From positions 4,928,001-4,992,000 of the forward strand of contig OZ252299.1 in the NCBI GenBank assembly GCA_965250285.1: a stretch of 64,000 bases of DNA. Direction: 5' to 3'. Made by a program: the position numbers and the translations under genes. How positions within the stretch are numbered: the stretch's first letter is position 1; each line of letters opens with the position of its first letter. Positions 31,628 through 41,753 of the stretch are shown here, piece by piece. This DNA comes from Myxococcota bacterium. Lineage in GTDB: Bacteria > Myxococcota_A > UBA9160 > UBA4427. A model generated the notes under the pieces. That model was not told the DNA's origin, did not search any database, and saw only the letters and a program-made list of their open reading frames with translations.

Positions 31628-32422
31628 TCAATCGAGCCCGAGCACCTCCTCGATCGTGTAGACCCCCGGGCTGCGCGCTGCGAGCCAGGCGGCGCAGCGC
31701 GCGGCGCCGGTCGCGAAGTGCTCGCGCGTGAACGAGCGGTGGATGAGCTCGATGCGCTCGCCGTGGCCGACGAGATAGACCGTGTGCTCCCCTGGGCAGT
31801 CGCCGCCGCGCAGGGTCTGCACGCCGATCGCCCCCTCGGGCCGCGCGCCGATCTCACCCGCGCGCTCGAGCACGATGTGCTCGTCGAGCCCGACGCCCTG
31901 ACCGTCTGCGACCTTCTGTGCGAGGAAGAGCGCAGTCCCGCTCGGTGCGTCGCGTTTGGCCGAGTGATGCATCTCGAAGAGCTCGGCGTCGAAATCGGGG
32001 CCGAGCTTCGTCGCCGCCTCGCGCGCGAGCCAGCCGAGGACGTTCACGGCGACCGAGAAGTTGTTGGCGTGCAGCACGGCCATGCGATCGCCGAGCGCCT
32101 GGAGCGATTCGAACTCGGCGCTCGTCAAGCCGGTCGTTCCGGTCACGTAGGCGACGCCGCGTTCGGCGGCGGCCGCTGCATTGGCGAGCGTCGCCTTCGG
32201 AATCGAGAAGTCGATCACCACGTCGCAGTCGGCGAGCGCGGCCGCGGCGTCATCGGTCACCACGACGCCGCCTTCGATCGCGGTGCCGAGGCCCGGGTGA
32301 CCGGGTGCTTCGAGCGCTGCGCCGACGACGAGGTCGTCGCGCGCCCCGACGGCTGCGCGCACCTGCTCGCCCATCTTGCCGAGCGCGCCGACCACGCCCA
32401 CCCGCGTCTCGTTCGTCGTCAT
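31628..32422 (-). CDS. dapB: 4-hydroxy-tetrahydrodipicolinate reductase
   Basis: GALGKMG, IDFS, GTTG, EMHHSAKRDAPSGTA, GEHTV. Confidence 0.96.
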   Translation of the reverse strand: MTTNETRVGVVGALGKMGEQVRAAVGARDDLVVGAALEAPGHPGLGTAIEGGVVVTDDAAAALADCDVVIDFSIPKATLANAAAAAERGVAYVTGTTGLTSAEFESLQALGDRMAVLHANNFSVAVNVLGWLAREAATKLGPDFDAELFEMHHSAKRDAPSGTALFLAQKVADGQGVGLDEHIVLERAGEIGARPEGAIGVQTLRGGDCPGEHTVYLVGHGERIELIHRSFTREHFATGAARCAAWLAARSPGVYTIEEVLGLD

Positions 32423-32423
32423 C

Positions 32424-33296
32424 TCAGAGTCGCTCCAGCTCTTTGAGGGTCACGCGCAGTCGCTCGCGGTTCGGCTCCGTCATGCGCGTGAGCGGCAGCC
32501 GGATCTCCGATTCGCAGAGGCCCATGATGTGCAGCGCCTCTTTGACCGGGATCGGGTTGGTCTCGCAGAACAGGACGTCGAAGAGCGGCATCAGCTTGTA
32601 GTGCAGCGCCTGGGCTCGAGGCAGATCAGAACCCTCCGCGGCCTGATAGAGCGCGAGCATCTCTTCGGGCACGACATTGGCGCTCGTCGAGATACAGCCG
32701 TGGCCGCCGACGGCCATGAGCGGCAGCGTCAGACCATCGTCGCCCGATAGCACCGCGAAGTCGTCCCCACATGCCGCGACCACGTGCGCGATCTGATCGA
32801 GGTCGCCGCATGCCTCCTTGACGCCTACGACGTGTTCGAGTGCGGCGAGCCGGCCGATGGTCTCGGGCGCGATGTTCGACGCGGTGCGGCCGGGGATGTT
32901 GTAGACGACCAGCGGCAACGCGGTCTCGGCTGCGACCTGCGCGTAGTGCTGGTAGATGCCCTCTTGCGTCGGCTTGTTGTAATAGGGCGACAGCAGCAGG
33001 GCCCCGTCGGCACCGGCCTGCTTCGCGTGCTGCGTGAGCGCGACCGCCTCGGCCGTCGAGTTCGAGCCCGTGCCGGCGATCACCGCGACCCGGCCGGCCA
33101 CCGCCTCGACGGTGACCTCGACCACCCGGCGGTGCTCTTCGTGGGACAGCGTTGCCGACTCGCCCGTCGAGCCACACGGCACGATGCCATGCACGCCCGC
33201 CTCGATCTGTCTCTCGATCAGCGCGCGCAGCGCGGGCTCGTCGACGGCGCCATCGGCAAACGGGGTCACGATCGCGGTATGGATGCCCTCGAACAT
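32424..33296 (-). CDS. dapA: 4-hydroxy-tetrahydrodipicolinate synthase
   Basis: CGSTGES, PYYNKP, YNIPGRT, GVKEA, SGDD, TNPIPVK. Confidence 0.96.
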   Translation of the reverse strand: MFEGIHTAIVTPFADGAVDEPALRALIERQIEAGVHGIVPCGSTGESATLSHEEHRRVVEVTVEAVAGRVAVIAGTGSNSTAEAVALTQHAKQAGADGALLLSPYYNKPTQEGIYQHYAQVAAETALPLVVYNIPGRTASNIAPETIGRLAALEHVVGVKEACGDLDQIAHVVAACGDDFAVLSGDDGLTLPLMAVGGHGCISTSANVVPEEMLALYQAAEGSDLPRAQALHYKLMPLFDVLFCETNPIPVKEALHIMGLCESEIRLPLTRMTEPNRERLRVTLKELERL

Positions 33297-33321
33297 GCGG
33301 TGCTCTCCCTCGCTCGCGGCG

Positions 33322-34233
33322 TCAGCCCTCGAGCGCTTCACCTGCCTGGAGCGGGATCGTCCCCTCGAAGACGGTCGCAGCGGGTCCGGTCATGAAGACG
33401 TGCGCGTCGTCGTTGGCCCACTCGATCACGAGGGTACCGCCGCGCAAGCGGATGCGAACCTCCCGGTCGACGACGCCCCGAAGCATCTGGGTCACGGCGA
33501 CCGCGCAGGCACCACTGCCACACGCGAGGGTCTCTCCGGTGCCGCGCTCCCACGTACGCTGGTCGATCTCGCCGCGCGAGGCGATCCGAACGAATTCGAC
33601 GTTGACGCGGTTCGGGAACGCGTCGTGATGCTCGACGATCGGTCCGAGCGTCTCGACCGGCGCTGCATCGACATCGTCGACGACGATCACCGCGTGCGGG
33701 TTGCCCATCGATACACTCGACACGGCGACCTCGCTCGCGCCGCCGAGACCCGCTCCGTCTGGCACGCCCAGCGCGACGTCGAGCACGGGCCCGTCGCCGC
33801 TGGCAGCGGCGAGTGTCGTGGGGATCTTCTGCGGCTCGAAGATCGGGAGCGCCATGTCGACGCGCACCATCGCCTGGCCGTCGGCTTCCCCGGCCCAGCG
33901 CGGGCGGACGACGCCCGACAGCGTCTCGATGCCGAGCTCATCGGCCGACGTGTGGCCCGCATCGCGCAGGTACTTGTAGAAGGCGCGAATGCCGTTGGCG
34001 CACATCTCGACCTGGCTGCCGTCGGGGTTGTAGATCTCCATCCGGAAGTCGGCCGCGTCGCTCGGTCGGACGACGAGCAGCTGGTCGAAGCCGACCCCGA
34101 AGTTGCGATGCGCGACGCGCTTCGCGAAGGCGACCAGGTCGGCCGGTAGGCGGTCGCGCACGCCGTCGAGCACGACGAAGTCGTTGCCCGCGCCGTGCAT
34201 CTTCGTGAATCGGATCTCGTTCGTCTCGGCCAT
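33322..34233 (-). CDS. dapF: Diaminopimelate epimerase
   Basis: FTKMHGAGNDF, MCANG, SMGNPH, NVEF, ERGTGETLACGSG. Confidence 0.96.
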   Translation of the reverse strand: MAETNEIRFTKMHGAGNDFVVLDGVRDRLPADLVAFAKRVAHRNFGVGFDQLLVVRPSDAADFRMEIYNPDGSQVEMCANGIRAFYKYLRDAGHTSADELGIETLSGVVRPRWAGEADGQAMVRVDMALPIFEPQKIPTTLAAASGDGPVLDVALGVPDGAGLGGASEVAVSSVSMGNPHAVIVVDDVDAAPVETLGPIVEHHDAFPNRVNVEFVRIASRGEIDQRTWERGTGETLACGSGACAVAVTQMLRGVVDREVRIRLRGGTLVIEWANDDAHVFMTGPAATVFEGTIPLQAGEALEG

Positions 34234-34361
34234 GTCAACCTCGCTGGAGTGGTCGCTTCGTTTCGTGCGGTCGCCGTGTCGGGCCCGCATCGCTGCGCGC
34301 GGCGCACGGGATCACGGGTGGTCCCCGACCACCGCGCGTGTCGCCCGGTCGGGGATGGGGT

Positions 34362-35840
34362 TCAGGGCTTCGGCTTCGCGCCGGCGTCGATGCCGAGCGC
34401 CTTCGCCTCCGACTCGTTCGCCTTCACTGCGCGCTCGAGCTCGGCTTCGGCGCGCGCCAGCGCCTCGGCGACGGTGTCGCGTGCGGTGCCGCCCACGAGC
34501 GTTCGCTCGCTGAAGCTGCGGTCGAGGTCGAGCAGCTCGGCGGCGCTCGCCGGGAACGCCTTGTGAAAGGCGCGCAGCTCGTCGTGGGTCAGCGAGTCGA
34601 GCGAACGATCGTCGCGCACCGCGTAGCCCACCACGCTGCCGACGGCTTCGTGGGCTTCGCGGAAGGGCACGCCTTCGCGTACCAGCGCCTCGGCGAGATC
34701 GGTCGCCAGCAGCATCGGGTCGCGCGCCGCCTCGCCCATGCGCTCGACCTGCACACGCAGCGTCGCCAGGGCACCGGCCGTCACCTCGATGCAGTCGCGC
34801 AGCGTCTCGACCGAGTCGAAGAGCGGCTCCTTGTCTTCCTGCATGTCGCGGTTGTAGGTGAGCGGCAGGCCCTTCATCGTCGTGAGCAATGAGACGAGGT
34901 TTCCGACGGCGCGCCCCGTCTTGCCGCGCACGAGCTCGGGGACGTCGGGGTTCTTCTTTTGGGGCATCAGGCTCGAGCCGGTCGAGTATGCGTCGGCGAG
35001 CTCGACGAAGCCGAACTCGGCGCTCGACCAGATCACGAGCTCTTCGCTGAGCCGCGAGAGATGCACCATGCAGATCGCCGCATGGCTCATGAACTCGAGG
35101 GCCGCGTCGCGGCTCGAGACGGTATCCATGCTGTTCTGCGTCGGCGCGTCGAACCCGAGGGCCTGGGCGGTATCGTGACGATCGAGCGGCAGCGTCGAAC
35201 CCGCCATGGCGCCGGCGCCGAGCGGCGAGTGCCGGATCCGCGCGCGGCAGTCGGCGAAGCGCGATGCATCACGGCCGAACATCTCGAAGTACGCGAGCCA
35301 GTGATGCGCGAGGCGCACGGGCTGCGCCCGCTGGAGATGCGTGTAGCCGGGCAGCACGGTGTCGAGATGCTCTGTGCAGCGACCGAGCAGCACGCCCCGC
35401 AGCTCGGTGAGCGCCTGCTCGGTCGCGAGGCACGTCTCGCGCAGAAAGAGGGCCAGGTCGGTCGCGACCTGATCGTTGCGCGATCGCCCCGTGTGGAGCC
35501 GGCCGGCGACGGGCCCGATCTGCGCGGTCAGCCGCGCCTCGACGTTCATGTGGATGTCTTCGAGGCCCGGGTCGAACTCGAATCGCCCGGCTTCGATCTC
35601 GGCCATCACCTGGCCGAGCCCCTCGACGATCGCATCGACATCGGCCTGGGGGATGATCCCCGCGCGCCCGAGCATCTGCGCATGCGCGATCGAGCCCCGA
35701 ATGTCGTGGCGCGCGAGTGCCTTGTCGTAGTGGATCGACGCGCTGAAGCGTTCCACCGTCGGATCGGTGGCTTCGCTGAATCGCCCGCCCCAGAGCTTCT
35801 CGCTCCGGGTGGCGTCGTCGGTGTCGCTTCGGCGGCTCAT
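34362..35840 (-). CDS. argH: Argininosuccinate lyase
   Basis: LWGGRF, HTGRSRNDQ, GYTHLQ, GSSLMPQKKNPD. Confidence 0.97.
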   Translation of the reverse strand: MSRRSDTDDATRSEKLWGGRFSEATDPTVERFSASIHYDKALARHDIRGSIAHAQMLGRAGIIPQADVDAIVEGLGQVMAEIEAGRFEFDPGLEDIHMNVEARLTAQIGPVAGRLHTGRSRNDQVATDLALFLRETCLATEQALTELRGVLLGRCTEHLDTVLPGYTHLQRAQPVRLAHHWLAYFEMFGRDASRFADCRARIRHSPLGAGAMAGSTLPLDRHDTAQALGFDAPTQNSMDTVSSRDAALEFMSHAAICMVHLSRLSEELVIWSSAEFGFVELADAYSTGSSLMPQKKNPDVPELVRGKTGRAVGNLVSLLTTMKGLPLTYNRDMQEDKEPLFDSVETLRDCIEVTAGALATLRVQVERMGEAARDPMLLATDLAEALVREGVPFREAHEAVGSVVGYAVRDDRSLDSLTHDELRAFHKAFPASAAELLDLDRSFSERTLVGGTARDTVAEALARAEAELERAVKANESEAKALGIDAGAKPKP

Positions 35841-36046
35841 GACGCCCGGTACTCTCGCGGTTTCCAAGCGGATTCTCAACCTGCGGGTCGGCTGCGGTGG
35901 GCCCGCGCACGCGGCCATCCCGCCCGCCCTGCTAGCCTGTGGCGCGTCCGGGCCCGGTTCGAGAACCAGGGCCCGAGCGAACGTGTCTCCTGGGGGGTGT
36001 CGCACGTGCGGGCCGGCCTGTGCCCGCCGCGCGACCGGGGATCGGG

Positions 36047-38611
36047 ATGCCGCCGGACAGTCGAGACAGAAGCGGGGGCCAGAACCGCGGAGGTCGCAAG
36101 GCCCCCCGCAAGAAGGCCGCTCGCCGCAGCGCCGGCCCCGGCCAGAAATCCGCCCGCAAGGGCGGCGCCAAGAAGTCGGCCGCGAAGAAGAAGGCCGCCG
36201 CGAGCCGGCGCGGCCGCCCCGCCGGCGGCGAGCGCAAGGGCACGCCGCGACGCTCCGCGGCCGAGAAGCGGCGCCGCCGCGCCCGGCTCGTCCGCACGCT
36301 CCGACGTCTCGGTCTCGCGCTCGCCATGGCGGCCTTCGTCGTGGGCCTCTTTGTGGCGCAGTGGGTGGTGCGCCTCGACCGCGAGGTCGTCGCGCGCTTC
36401 GAGGGCCGGCGCTTCGACGTGCCCTCGAAGGTCTTCGCCGCGCCGACCGTCGTCTACCCCGGCATGGATTGGCAGCGCGTCGACCTGGCGGGCTGGCTGC
36501 GACGCCTCGGCTACCGCGAGCAGTCGGGCGACCGCGATCTCGACCCCGGCCGCTACACCTGGGCGCCCGGCGAGCTGCGCGTGCACCTGCGGGCCTTCGA
36601 TCACCCGATGCGACCCGAGCCGGCGCGCGAGGTCGTCTTCTTTCTCGAGGCGGGCCGGATTCGCGACATCGTCGACCTCGCCGACGATCGGTTTCTCGAC
36701 GTCGTCGTGCTCGAGCCCGAGCCGGTCTCGGCGTTCCTTGGCAGCGAGCGCGAGCAGCGCGATCTCGTCTCGATCGACGAGGTGCCCGAGCACCTGGTCG
36801 ACGCGATCTATGCGGTCGAGGATCGCCGCTTCGAGGAGCACCACGGCATCGATGTACGCCGCATCGGGGGCGCCGCGCTCGCGAACCTGCGCGCCGGTCG
36901 CATCACCCAGGGCGGCAGTACGCTGACCCAGCAGCTGGTGAAGAACTTCTTCCTCACCCCCGAACGCACCTTCGAGCGCAAGGCGCGCGAGGCGGTGATG
37001 GCGCTGCTCGTCGAGGCCCGGTACGAGAAGCCGGCGATCCTCGAGGCGTATCTCAACGAGATCTACCTCGGTCAGCGCGGCTCGACCGCGGTGCATGGTG
37101 TCGGCGAAGCGGCCCGCCTCTACTTCGGCAAGCACGCGAGCGATCTCTCGCTGTCGGAGTCGGCGCTGATCGCCGCCATCATCCAGTCGCCCAACGGCAT
37201 CTCGCCCCATCGTCGCCCCGAGCGCGCCCAGAAGCGACGCGACCTCGTGCTGACGCTCATGGACGACCTCGGCTACGCGCCCAGCGATGCCGTCGCCGCT
37301 GCGAAGGCCGAGCCGATCCGCGTGGCGAGCGTGACGCCCGAGGAAGGCGAGGTGCGGTACTTCCTGGCCGCGCTGAGCCAGCAGCTGCCCGAGGTCTACG
37401 ACGAAGAGACGCTCGAGAGCGAGGGGCTGCAGATCTACACGACGCTCGTGCCTTCGATGCAGCGCGCCGCCGCGCGGGCGCTCAAGGAGGGGCTCGAGCG
37501 CGTCGAGGGTCGGGTGGCCAACGACCTGCCCCCGGAGAAGCGTCTGCAGGGATGCCTGATCGCGATGCGTCCGCAGACGGGCGAGATCCTCGCGCTGGTG
37601 GGCGGGCGCGACTTCGGCGTCTCGCAGTTCAATCGCTGCACCCAGGCCCGCCGCCAGGTGGGCAGCGTCTTCAAGCCCTTCGTCTACGTCGCCGCGCTCG
37701 ACCCCGCGAGTGGTCCCGTCGCCACGCTCGCCAGCCGCATCGACGACTCGCCCTTCGAGATCGAGACGCCCGACGGCATCTGGCGACCCGAGAACTGGGA
37801 TCGTGAGTTTCACGGCGAGGTCGGCCTGCGCGAAGGCATCGAGCGCTCGATGAACGTCGCCTCGGCGCGGCTCGCCCAGGAGGTCGGGATCCCACGCGTC
37901 GCTTCGACCGCGACGCGGCTCGGGATCTCCAGCGAGCTGCCGCGCGTGCCCTCGCTCGCGCTCGGCACGGCCGAGGTCGCGCCGGTCGAGGTCGCTCGGG
38001 CCTACGCGACGCTCGCCAACGGCGGCCGTCGGCCCGTGCCGCGCACGTTCGTCGATGTCGTGGGTTCGACGGGTGTGGCCGATGAGCATCGCCCGCTCGA
38101 AGCGGCGAGCCGCGTCATCGATCCGGGCGTCGCCTACCTCGCGACGTCGCTCCTGCAGGGTGTCGTCGATCGGGGCACGGCGGTCGGGGTCCGTCGCGCC
38201 GGGCTCAAGGGGCCGATCGCCGGCAAGACCGGGACGACCGACGACGAGTTCGATCTCTGGTTCGTCGGCTACACGCCCGAGCTCGTCGCCGTCGTCTGGG
38301 TCGGCTACGACGAGCCGCGCGGCGTCGGCGCACCGTCGAGTCGGGGCGCCCTGCCGATCTGGGTGGACTTCGTGACGGAGGTGACGGGGCAACGCGTGCG
38401 GGGTGCGTTCCCGCGACCGGCCAATGTCGAGGAGGCGATGGTCGAACCGACGACCGGCGCGCTCGCGTTGGCCGGCTGTCCCGACGCACGCAGCGAGGTC
38501 TTCATCGAGGGCACGCTGCCCGACGTCACCTGCCCGGGCGGGGCGGGCGGCGACCGGCGGCCCGGCGTGCTTCGCCGTACCTTTGGCCGCCTCTTCGGCT
38601 CGGGCGGCTAG
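36047..38611 (+). CDS. mrcB: Penicillin-binding protein 1B (transglycosylase/transpeptidase)
   Basis: TM helix, UB2H-like region, EDRRF, GGSTLTQQLVKN, SVFK, SMN, KTG. Confidence 0.92.
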   Translation: MPPDSRDRSGGQNRGGRKAPRKKAARRSAGPGQKSARKGGAKKSAAKKKAAASRRGRPAGGERKGTPRRSAAEKRRRRARLVRTLRRLGLALAMAAFVVGLFVAQWVVRLDREVVARFEGRRFDVPSKVFAAPTVVYPGMDWQRVDLAGWLRRLGYREQSGDRDLDPGRYTWAPGELRVHLRAFDHPMRPEPAREVVFFLEAGRIRDIVDLADDRFLDVVVLEPEPVSAFLGSEREQRDLVSIDEVPEHLVDAIYAVEDRRFEEHHGIDVRRIGGAALANLRAGRITQGGSTLTQQLVKNFFLTPERTFERKAREAVMALLVEARYEKPAILEAYLNEIYLGQRGSTAVHGVGEAARLYFGKHASDLSLSESALIAAIIQSPNGISPHRRPERAQKRRDLVLTLMDDLGYAPSDAVAAAKAEPIRVASVTPEEGEVRYFLAALSQQLPEVYDEETLESEGLQIYTTLVPSMQRAAARALKEGLERVEGRVANDLPPEKRLQGCLIAMRPQTGEILALVGGRDFGVSQFNRCTQARRQVGSVFKPFVYVAALDPASGPVATLASRIDDSPFEIETPDGIWRPENWDREFHGEVGLREGIERSMNVASARLAQEVGIPRVASTATRLGISSELPRVPSLALGTAEVAPVEVARAYATLANGGRRPVPRTFVDVVGSTGVADEHRPLEAASRVIDPGVAYLATSLLQGVVDRGTAVGVRRAGLKGPIAGKTGTTDDEFDLWFVGYTPELVAVVWVGYDEPRGVGAPSSRGALPIWVDFVTEVTGQRVRGAFPRPANVEEAMVEPTTGALALAGCPDARSEVFIEGTLPDVTCPGGAGGDRRPGVLRRTFGRLFGSGG

Positions 38612-38634
38612 CGACGTCGCGACGACTGGGCCGC

Positions 38635-39228
38635 ATGATCTGGATGAACGGAGACCTCGGGGTGCCGACCGCCCACCGCACGCATCGCCCGCTGTGCCGA
38701 AGTCGCTTCGGAGCCGACGCGTCGTGGGGGCCGACCGTGTGGGTCGGCCTCGCCCTGCTCGCAGCGCTGCAGTGGGCATGCGTCACCGGGGGACCTCCGG
38801 GCGGGCCCGTCGAGCCGGTCCGGGCCTCCGAGATGCTCGAAGACGCCGATCCCGCGCGCCGCGCGTCGATGCGTCTCGTGCTGCAGGGGCTCGACGCCGA
38901 CGCGAACTTCGATCGCAATCAGGCTCGGGGCAGCTACGAGCGTGCCATCCAGGTCGATCCGACCAACCCGATGGCGTACCTCGCGCTCGCGCGTCATGAG
39001 CTCGACGATGAAGAGGGCAGGCGCGCGCTTCAGCTATTGGAGCAATCGGCGGCCTTGTTCGAGGCCGAGGGCCTGCGTATCGATCCCGTGGGCGTGCATC
39101 TCGTCGGGCTCCGCGGCCTCGCCTACGAAGCACTCGGCGAGGACGGGTCGGCCGAGCTCGAGCAGGCCGCGACGCTCGCGCCCGAGGTCTGGGGCGACGG
39201 CTATCTCGCGCCCGAGGAGCTTCGGTGA
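38635..39228 (+). CDS. TPR lipoprotein (LpoP-like position)
   Basis: ALLAALQWAC lipobox-like; YERAIQVDPTNP.AYL.LA TPR; directly downstream of PBP1b. Confidence 0.65.
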   Translation: MIWMNGDLGVPTAHRTHRPLCRSRFGADASWGPTVWVGLALLAALQWACVTGGPPGGPVEPVRASEMLEDADPARRASMRLVLQGLDADANFDRNQARGSYERAIQVDPTNPMAYLALARHELDDEEGRRALQLLEQSAALFEAEGLRIDPVGVHLVGLRGLAYEALGEDGSAELEQAATLAPEVWGDGYLAPEELR

Positions 39229-39869
39229 GCGAAGCGGATGACGCGCGCGTGAGCGAAGCGACGACGACGGGCGCCAACGGACAGGCCAGCCCGGCTTCGA
39301 TCAGCGAAGCAGATGTCGTGTCGGACGACGCGCCCTCGGGGTGGCCGCCGAAGCTCATCGCACTCGGCGCGGCCTTCGTCACGGCGCTCGGCCTCGATCA
39401 GGCGACCAAGCTCTGGATCGCCGCGAACCTGCCCGTCGGTGGAACGCCGCGGCCGGTCATCGATGGCTTCTTCTATCTCTCTCACATGCGCAATGCCGGC
39501 GCGGCCTTCGGCTTCTTCGAAGATGTGCCGGTCGAGCTTCGACGGATCGGCTTCTCGGTCGTGGCCGCACTCGCTGGCTGGGTCGTGCTGCTCTTCTACC
39601 GAAGCATGGCCCCCGGGGATCGTCTCAACGGCCTGGCGCTCGGGTGCATCGTGGGCGGTGGGCTCGGCAATCTGATCGATCGCCTCGCACGCGGTGAGGT
39701 GATCGATTTCGTTCGGTTCGAGCTATGGGGGCCGTGGTCGTTTCCCGACTTCAATCTCGCCGACGTGTTCATCATGGTGGGCGTGACGATTCTCATGATC
39801 GAGTTGCTCGTGTCGGAGGGCGTCGCTCGGGCCGAGGTGATCGAGAGCGGCGACGGCAAGGCCGGGTGA
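39225..39869 (+). CDS. lspA: Lipoprotein signal peptidase II
   Basis: DQATK, N.GAAFG, GNLIDR, VIDF, FNLAD. Confidence 0.92.
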   Translation: MSEADDARVSEATTTGANGQASPASISEADVVSDDAPSGWPPKLIALGAAFVTALGLDQATKLWIAANLPVGGTPRPVIDGFFYLSHMRNAGAAFGFFEDVPVELRRIGFSVVAALAGWVVLLFYRSMAPGDRLNGLALGCIVGGGLGNLIDRLARGEVIDFVRFELWGPWSFPDFNLADVFIMVGVTILMIELLVSEGVARAEVIESGDGKAG

Positions 39870-40752
39870 GACGATCGGCGCTTCGCCCGCGCTCGTCCGA
39901 CGCGCGGCGTCCACGCGTGCGGGCCCACCCGCCCACCTCAATCGGGTTGGCCTGCGTCGCGCGTACGCAGATGGCCATGCGAACGACCGCGATCGTGTGC
40001 CAACCCGCATGATCGAAGCCGTCGAAGATGTGCACGATCACGACCCAATCAGATCGGGGCTTTGACCCCCGCATCGCCGTGTCGCACCGAGCGCACTGTC
40101 GGTTCGGGTGCCTTCCCGGCGACCCAAAAAATTTCGACGAAATCGCCGAATGAAATTTCGCTTGCGGATCGCTCGATTCGCAGCGGGAAGGGTACACTCG
40201 ATCGTGTTGAATCTGCAGACGCTGCGCGCGCCATTCGTTCCCGTCATTGACATCGATCGCCGCGGTACGGTAAGAAACGCGAACCCCCTGGGCTTCCTTG
40301 GATCAACCCATCGGATCCAATCGCCCGCATCATCCACGGTGGTGCGTCGATGGCCTCGAGCGTGCATGACGAGCACCGAATCATCGAATCTCGATTCGAT
40401 GCTCTGGTGTACGGTGCGACCGAGCGATTCATCGAACGAGACGCAGCATCGATGCGGGAGCCCTTCGCCGGGTTCGCTGGAGTTGGAGAGGGGCAAGTGA
40501 TCTTGCCCGCCGCAACCTCCGACAGCGAACGGTGTCATCCGACGAGGCCTTGGGGTGCATCACGCGCGCGATCGAGCTCGATGCCGCGTGGGCTGACCAG
40601 GGACGAAGCCACCGAGCGTCGCCCCGTCGTCACCCGCGTGTAGCCTCCATCGCCCCGCCGCCGGGGCGAGTCGACTTCGATCGAGTGCGTCAGACGTTGA
40701 TGCGCCGGCCCGGTCCACCGGGTCCGACGCGAGTGGGTGGAGATCGAAGTCC

Positions 40753-41541
40753 ATGCCGAAGCCGAAGAGCGACTACTCGATCCAGACCGTGAGCAATGCA
40801 CTGCGATTGCTCGAGGCTTTCAGTGACGCGCAGGAGCTGGGGGTGAGCGAGCTCTCGCGCCGGCTCGACCTGCACAAGAACAACGTGTTCCGTCTGCTCG
40901 CCACCCTGCAGCAGTCGGGTTACGTCGAGCAGAGCGACGACAATGATCGCTATCGCCTCGGTCCCGCATGCCTCGAGCTCGGTCATGCGTACGCGCGCCA
41001 CCACACGCTGGTGCGCCGTGCGCGGCCGATTCTCGAAGAGCTCGTGCGCAAGGTCGGCGAGACCGCGCACCTCGCGATGTTGCGCGATCACGAGGTCGTG
41101 CATCTCGACGGTGTGCTGGCCGACCAGCGCGTCGTCACTTCGCTGCGCGTGGGTGAGCGGCTGCCGGCGCACTGCACCGCGCTCGGCAAGGTGTTGCTGG
41201 CCCTCGGCGATGCGCGCGACCGCGAAGCCTTCGATCAGCGCGTGAGCGGGCAGGATGGCTTGAGCACGCTCACCGATTCGACGCTCGACGATGCCCAGGG
41301 CCTCGCGCGCGAGCTCGAGCAGGTCGCCGAAGACGGCTACGCCCTCGATCGCGAAGAGTGCGAGCCCGGCATGTGCTGTGTCGGCGCACCCGTGCGCGAC
41401 GATCGCGGCCTCGTCGTCGCGGCCATCTCGATCTCGGGGCCGAGCTTTCGCATGGGGCAGTCGGTGCTCGATACCGATCTGGGCCGCGCGGTGGTCGCGG
41501 CCGCCGATCAGCTCTCACAGGAGCTCGGCTACGGCCTCTAG
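40753..41541 (+). CDS. IclR-family transcriptional regulator
   Basis: N-terminal [36 protein letters not shown]. Confidence 0.93.
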   Translation: MPKPKSDYSIQTVSNALRLLEAFSDAQELGVSELSRRLDLHKNNVFRLLATLQQSGYVEQSDDNDRYRLGPACLELGHAYARHHTLVRRARPILEELVRKVGETAHLAMLRDHEVVHLDGVLADQRVVTSLRVGERLPAHCTALGKVLLALGDARDREAFDQRVSGQDGLSTLTDSTLDDAQGLARELEQVAEDGYALDREECEPGMCCVGAPVRDDRGLVVAAISISGPSFRMGQSVLDTDLGRAVVAAADQLSQELGYGL

Positions 41542-41753
41542 CCCAGGCGCGCCGCAACGCGCGCGCATCGGCTCGGGCCAGCGCCCGCGCGGTGCCCGTC
41601 GCTCGACATCTGCCTGACTCTCAGTCGCATGCGCTCGTCGCTCGCCGATCGTCGTCCACCTTGCCGGGGCGTCGGCTTCTCGTATGCTCGCCGCGAATTC
41701 CCCGAGCGCGGCGCTTCACCCCCATGCGCCGCGCGGTGTATGGAGCCCCCGAC

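Noticed and set aside
29968..31857. 629-aa ORF as a single fusion protein
   Set aside because: Only the last roughly 215 aa look like an SGNH lipoprotein; the rest is an alternate frame of the collagen-like lipoprotein and dapB
40480..40600. SAM-I or TPP riboswitch (GCAACC...GGTGT; GGGGTGC...GCTGA)
   Set aside because: Other required elements (SAM P1 AUC/GAU context; TPP CUGAGA and CCUGA..AAU) were not found
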